A stretch of DNA of 63,850 nt, filler included, from Octopus bimaculoides (taxonomy: Eukaryota), in NCBI RefSeq assembly GCF_001194135.2. It is 9 parts of 8 records of this genome, joined end to end, with 100 filler letters (N's around TTAATTAATTAA, not from the genome) between each part and the next. Parts side by side here need not be neighbours in the genome. Positions count along the whole stretch, not along the records: positions 62,180 to 63,850 come from NW_026345967.1; 8 more parts are not named here. One strand, given 5' to 3'. Of this stretch, positions 63,266 to 63,850 are shown piece after piece. Numbering within the stretch: position 1 is the first letter of the stretch; each line of letters starts with the position of its first letter. Under the pieces are notes generated by a model, which saw only the letters and a program-made list of their open reading frames with translations, did not search any database and was not told where the DNA came from. A program made the position numbers and the translations under genes.

Positions 63266-63850
63266 TGGAAACTCACTTCCGCCAACTGTATTCGTGACTG
63301 TACTCTTGCAGTCATTACCCAAATTTCTAGCCACAGGCACGAAAATCAAGTTAAAGATAACGAATCTGGCTGTTTCACCCAAACCTTTCATCTAAAGGTA
63401 GAATACTTGAAGCTTCAAACGATAAACGTTATTTGAAAAAAAAAATACGGTATCAATATCTTGTGCATTTAATGCCAAATGTCTTTATATCATGTTATAT
63501 TAAAGTGTCAGCTATTGTAAGATGTAATCATAAATTATTTTAGACCTGATGTCCGTTGTACAAGTATATTTGATATTTATCAAAAATGTACGAAAAAGAA
63601 ATACACGCAAAAGAAAACAATAGATCGGAAATACGTTCTTTTTAAAAATTCGACAAAAACTCGCTATTGATGTGAAAATAGTCAAAAATGTAAGTAAAAC
63701 TCGAAATCAAAAAACATGTCTCAAGAGAAAGATATTAATCAAAACGGCTTAAATCTGTTTTTTTTTCTTTCCTTTTTTTCAGAGAGAATGTAGTAAAAAT
63801 AGGATTTTTTTTTTTTTTTAAGGAATTTGTATAAATTAGTTTAGATAACA

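Overview
This is AT-rich eukaryotic DNA dense in microsatellites and transposons. The SINE repertoire looks like that of octopus genomes; this is recognition from memory, not a database result. The window is a draft assembly with many N gaps and eight identical 100-bp spacers (N44-TTAATTAATTAA-N44), so it is nine joined segments whose adjacency is unverified. Host-gene content I can support is the last three coding exons of an Aa_trans-family amino-acid transporter (+, 19504-23016, GT-AG introns, phases join) and one 83-bp exon of 4-hydroxyphenylpyruvate dioxygenase (HPD, -, 33493-33575). Everything else is repeats: three tRNA-derived SINE families, fragments of Dong/R4, RTE, Tx1/L1, Penelope and Jockey/I LINEs, mariner relics, piggyBac-type and other MITEs, and a CpG-rich 10-bp/60-bp satellite block. 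The most interesting signals are: (1) a tRNA-headed SINE whose tail carries a Penelope-type minimal hammerhead ribozyme fold; (2) a palindromic 60-bp satellite with reciprocal arm variants; (3) RTE 3' ends with three C2H2 fingers, flanked on both sides by (TACA)n; (4) a frame-preserving duplicate of the transporter's stop-codon region; (5) a near-perfect inverted SINE duplication. There is no CRISPR array, rRNA or true tRNA. Most ORF-track entries are microsatellite or N-gap artefacts. Repeat boundaries are approximate.
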